Origin: Eledone cirrhosa
Lineage: Eukaryota
Direction of reading: 5' to 3'
Assembly: GCA_964016885.1 (NCBI GenBank)
Contig: OZ024742.1
Span: forward strand, 364,188,001 to 364,252,000
DNA length: 64,000 nt
Shown: one piece after another, positions 59,398 to 64,000 of the stretch
Layout: every line of letters begins with the position of its first letter
Numbering within the stretch: the stretch's first letter is position 1
Made by a program: the position numbers and the translations under genes
The notes under the pieces: generated by a model
Database searches by the model: none
What the model was told of the DNA's origin: nothing
The model's input: the letters and a program-made list of their open reading frames with translations, nothing else

Positions 59398-59577
59398 CTG
59401 ATTTGACTGATAATGATGTATTTTTAAAAAGTATGTGTACATTCTTGTTACTATTTTAAGGCAATGCAAGCAACAACTATTTAATAAAATTTAAATTTAA
59501 AAATGACCATTGTGCATTACTAGTATGATGACATTTTATTAAGTCACAAAATTATTCAGTCAGCCATAGAACAAGGA

Positions 59578-60331
59578 TCAGGTGGCAAAAACATTGGCAA
59601 AAATTTGTGTCAATTTAAGATTTCCAACATTGTTCAAATGAATCATATCTGGTTTGAAGTCAGATTTGTCAAATTTTGACCAATTTTCAATGTTGTGAAG
59701 ATTGGGCAAGTTCAATTTTTGAATCATTTCTTTCATGCAGTAATTAAACTTTTACAAACGAGAATTTCTCTTGCCCAAGTCATTTTTATTTTCAATTACA
59801 CTTTGTGGACGTGGAATGACACCACTGTAGAAAATGGGTGTACAGTGGTGCTTTTCCGCTATTTTCTGTAGCCTTGCAAAGAGACTCTTCCCCTGTTTTT
59901 CCGGTTTTGTGCCTCGAATGGGCACTTTGTCCTTAATTTACAAATAAATGATTAATAAAAAATACTTGGGCAAAAATTATTGTATTACTTTGCACAGCTT
60001 TGTAGTGCCAACGGTGCGACGAGGATTCAGATCATTAGAGCCGACATGAACCACCAATACTTTCACAAAAGGACAACAGATAACAATGTTGGCGATTAAC
60101 ATTACCTGGCCCTGACGGGCCCCAGGTATACAAAATATCTAAGTATTTTTGTTGGTATGATAAGTAAATACATTTGAATTACTATTTTTATACCTTCTGG
60201 TCATTCGATTTCGCCACATTTCTAATTATGGATTTGTAAAAACTGGCATGAATGTGAATTTGATCAGTCCAATTGCCCGATTTTAGTGAAAAGTTTTGAT
60301 TCGAAATGGAAATACTCCATTTCCGTGCCAT
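59578..60331 (-). pseudogene. Three-exon SGNH/GDSL hydrolase gene (~213 aa) with one premature stop
   Basis: Exons 60331-60194, 60138-59989 and 59931-59578; phase-0 GT-AG introns of 55 and 57 nt; spliced product has KSIIRNV (block I), FCIPGAR (II), VVHVGSNDL (III), IFYSGVIPR and DMIHLNNVG (V); TAA at 59754-59752. Confidence 0.8.
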
Positions 60332-60948
60332 AGAAAAAATTAATTAGCCGATCAAAAAGCCGCGAAACATCATTTTTAATTAAGCGAAATTAGTGGATGC
60401 ATATCTCAGAAAATATTGTACACTATTCGCACCTATCGCACTATTCGCACCTATCGGTACAAAAATATAGCGCACTATTCGCACCTATCGGTACAAAAAA
60501 TCGCACGACTGTTAATAATACTAGAAGTGCAAACTATCTGTTGAATACCTGGTATATGAAGAGCAACCAATACGATCGGTCGGCGATCGGTCTTGAAGAA
60601 GAATGAAGAATGAAGTGAAATTTTGGTCTGGTTGTTGTCATCGGTGTTTCGCAGGGATGCCGGCACGAACAAAGGTGTCAGTGACACAAAGTTGTCCGCT
60701 TGAACAAAGGTGTCGGTCCGACAAAGGTGTCAGTCAGACAGACAGTCAGACATTGTCACAGTCGGTGCGACAAAGCGATCAATGCGATTAAAAAAAAATT
60801 TAACTCACATGTTTACCTATATTTTCGCAAACTATTGATAGATTGGTACAAAAAATAGCTTTGATAATAAACATAAATTTTTAACGAAGTATTTAAAAAG
60901 CATTTTAGCAGTGAAAAGTGAAGTAATGTTTCACACTGACGCAAGTAG

Positions 60949-61074
60949 GGCCGTTCAGAAATGACGTAGTCAATTAGGAGGAGGGGATTCGGCGATTTGA
61001 CTACATTTGACTAACGTAATCACAATCACAAGAGTTCCGCCGAAAAAAATTCGTCATTTCTGGATTACCTCCCC
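60949..61074. mobile_element. Small MITE (Zator/Harbinger-like TIRs), possible TAG TSD
   Basis: TAG|GGCCGTTCAGAAATGACG ... CGTCATTTCTGGATTACCTCCCC|TAG. Confidence 0.5.
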
Positions 61075-61543
61075 TAGCGTCACGCTTACTACTCACTCAC
61101 TTGAACACAAGATTTATCAGCAAACTTTGATTATAAACTTTTTCCCGCTGGACCAAATTTCTAGATTTTTAAGCCAAAAGATGCGCAATGAACTACTTTT
61201 CATGCTCATATAAGTTTTATCTCAGTTAAATAAAGTAGAGCCGCGCTGTACTGTCGTAAACAGACGATTGCCAACGAAAACACGACCACAACAATATTAC
61301 TAAACGGACTACCGTCCGTTTAGGATATATATATATATATATATATAGGAACCAGTAAGACCCCGACAGCTGAGCTCAAGCCGTTTCGACGGCTAATTCT
61401 GGACTAGTCCAGAATTAGCCGTCGAAACGGCTTGAGCTCAGCTGTCGGGGTCTTACTGGTTCCTATTACCCACTCTACTACCTCAAGTATTGAGTACTTT
61501 GGTGCGTTATGGTCCACCTGGTTCCTTACCACATTTCCTTCGT

Positions 61544-61574
<31 letters not shown>

Positions 61575-61853
61575 TTTTTCTTTGACCTCGCGTCGGTGTG
61601 GTGAGTGTGTGTGTACTCACTCACACTAACTCTGACCGACTGTAATTCTACAGAATTGATGTTGAGATTAGACCCGTCCAGCGTCTTTTACAGCTATTGA
61701 TAGATAGAGACTTGATAGTTTTATGACCCTAACTGAAGACGATAGCAGTCGGCGTGATTTGGCTGCTTAATCGTCATATGGTGGACAAAACTCTAGTGTG
61801 TAAACATCGTTAAATTTTCTCCCTCATATCAAGGATTTAGAGACAATTCACTT

Positions 61854-61927
61854 TCACCTGATGAGGTCAGTGATAATCGATCGTGGCCACACGATCGATC
61901 TATCTCTTATTGAAACATGTGTCGTGA
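61854..61927 (+). ncRNA. Minimal type I hammerhead with long stem II
   Basis: TCAC-CTGATGA-..ATCGATCGTG gcca CACGATCGAT..-GAAA-CATGTG-TC-GTGA. Confidence 0.72.
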
Positions 61928-63016
61928 TTAAAATGATTGGAAATTTATACCATGCCTTCGGATCGTTATTTTGATATATATGTATATATATATATATATC
62001 TCAATATTTAATTGATTAACTAAACATTTAATCATATTTAAACAATGGTTAAATTTCTCATATTATATTATATATATATATATTCCATTCATGATTATTA
62101 ACATTTCTAATTTTATTTATTCATTTCATCTCAAATGTTAAGATAACTCAACAAGATATGACTTAGAGTTTACATTCTCTCTCCTTTCTATGTCTCCTCT
62201 CTCTCTATCTTTTTCTTTCTGTTGTTCTGCTTTTTCTCTTTCTCTTTCTCCGTAACCCAACGGCTTATTTAAAAATATCCAATACTAACCTACCTAATAA
62301 TATAATTAAAGCTATAACACCACTATCCGGGAGCTTCCAACAGTAATGGTTGCATTCTTTAAGGGTATGTCAATATTTATTTATAAAACTGTTCTATATT
62401 ATATTTTATCTGATGAAAGCACACCATAATTTAACTTGGTGTCTTTGAAATATGTATAATGAAATAAATATGGTTTTATAAATATAGTTTCCATTTGTTA
62501 ATATCGTATTTTTACTGCAAATATTTGTTGACTGCTTTATATCAGTTATACAATTATTTGCTTGTTGTATCCCAACAATTTAAATAGAACTTTTACATAT
62601 ATATGTATATATATATTTTTAAATAACAGATTAAAGTTTAAGCAAAGAATCGCTGCTTTCACCATGAACGTAAGGGTGACAGCAGCGATTCTTTGCTTAA
62701 ATCGAACCCTCTTTGGATTTTAGTCTTGATATTTATTATTATTACTATATATATATATAAATATATGGAAAAAAAAGAAAGGAAATTTCATTTCTCACTC
62801 TTAGTACAGCTGATACTCAAATATAAGTATGTATACGTACATACATATATGTATACAGACGTACAGTAGTATGTATATACATACATACATGCACACATAT
62901 ATATATGTACGTAAGGGTTTACCGAACATTTATTATAATGCTCCTCGGTTTGTTTTAAACAAACAGGCCGAACACTATACCGCTAATAATTTTCGGGCTG
63001 TTTGTTTACAAATGAT

Positions 63017-63083
<67 letters not shown>

Positions 63084-63084
63084 A

Positions 63085-63128
<44 letters not shown>

Positions 63129-63154
63129 CATACGCGGGTGTGTATGATTGTGTA

Positions 63155-63360
63155 TAGAAGATTATATTAATAAAAGGAATTCTAGTTTTGTCTGATTTTC
63201 TCGTTTTGTTTACAATCCTTTAAAACGTATAATGGTATTAGAAAGAAATAGTATGGTAGAATATTAAATGTTAAGTGTTAATTGAACAAGTACTTTCATG
63301 CTTTCGTAATCTTCAGGTTCATATTCTGTGGTGACAGTCAAGTTTGCAATTTTCAACTGA
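63155..63360 (-). mobile_element. Solo pLTR of the 49905-53582 PLE family
   Basis: Reverse complement of about 49908-50120, including the hammerhead. Confidence 0.88.
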
Positions 63361-63729
63361 TAAGGAAATACAAAGTAGTCTAGATGTTAAAGTCCCTTAT
63401 TGATAAGGCCGTCATACAGATTTCGATCACGACAGTCGGCCTGCGATTGTGCATTTCCAAGGCGACGGGCATTTGCTTCAAGAACATCTTGTTTGTTCGT
63501 CCCCTTGTCACTTCAATTTAGGTTTACCGCCTGATTGTAATCTTATTATGTAAGAAGCTGTCAGATGAGATCATGGCCCTGTGTACTACACGGATTTGCG
63601 TGACCACTGTCGACATCGAAATATGTAAATCTAATCTAATTTCTATTTCCTTATTCTAAAAATACTCCGTCATTCCTATGTGGATAAATGTACGTTGAGT
63701 GCTTGAATTGAATTACATCAATATTTACC

Positions 63730-63800
<71 letters not shown>

Positions 63801-63815
63801 TATGTGTGTGTGTAT

Positions 63816-64000
63816 AGTAATAATAATAAATTTGAAGTCTAAAATCCAAAGAGGGCTCGATAAGGATAAATATATATCAAATACATAAGAACCCTAGAGC
63901 AAATATTTATTAAAATAACAGATTAAAGTTTAAGCAAAGAATCGTTGCTTTCACCCTTAACGGGATCTTCTGAAGATCTTGTTAAGGGTGAAAGCAACGA
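63816..64000. mobile_element. Fold-back solo pLTR of the 13022-16290 PLE family
   Basis: Matches 13022-13086 and the inverse of 16165-16290; palindrome centred at CTTC-T-GAAG (63971); another fold-back copy at 62620-62750. Confidence 0.85.

Noticed and set aside
63555-63632. CAGATGA...GAAATATGTA hammerhead-like motif
   Set aside because: Mutated core and no convincing stem I.

Overview
AT-rich, microsatellite-dense eukaryotic DNA made almost entirely of mobile elements; the SINE and LINE repertoire most resembles an octopod cephalopod (inference). It contains a decayed R4/Dong LINE and a Tx1/L1-like LINE lacking its RT, both at (ATT)n tracts, and about six Penelope-like elements (PLEs) or remnants, one as a head-to-head full-length plus truncated pair. 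It also holds a nearly intact Merlin (IS1595/ISXO2-like) transposon, three non-autonomous Helitrons, a hAT-like remnant, SINEs, an RTE fragment and one candidate host first exon. Manual reading gave two main unexpected signals. (1) At least nine distinct type I hammerhead-ribozyme sequence families occur here, including a non-coding ~423-bp tandem retrozyme-like family, two families with a compensatory U3-A8 core, and fold-back copies centred on ribozyme helices, mostly within (TA)n. (2) A compact cassette of two convergent small genes with mini-introns (a 3-exon SGNH/GDSL hydrolase missed by the ORF track and a BACK-like ORF) sits next to a terminal hairpin. All motif calls are by eye; no searches or folding programs were run.
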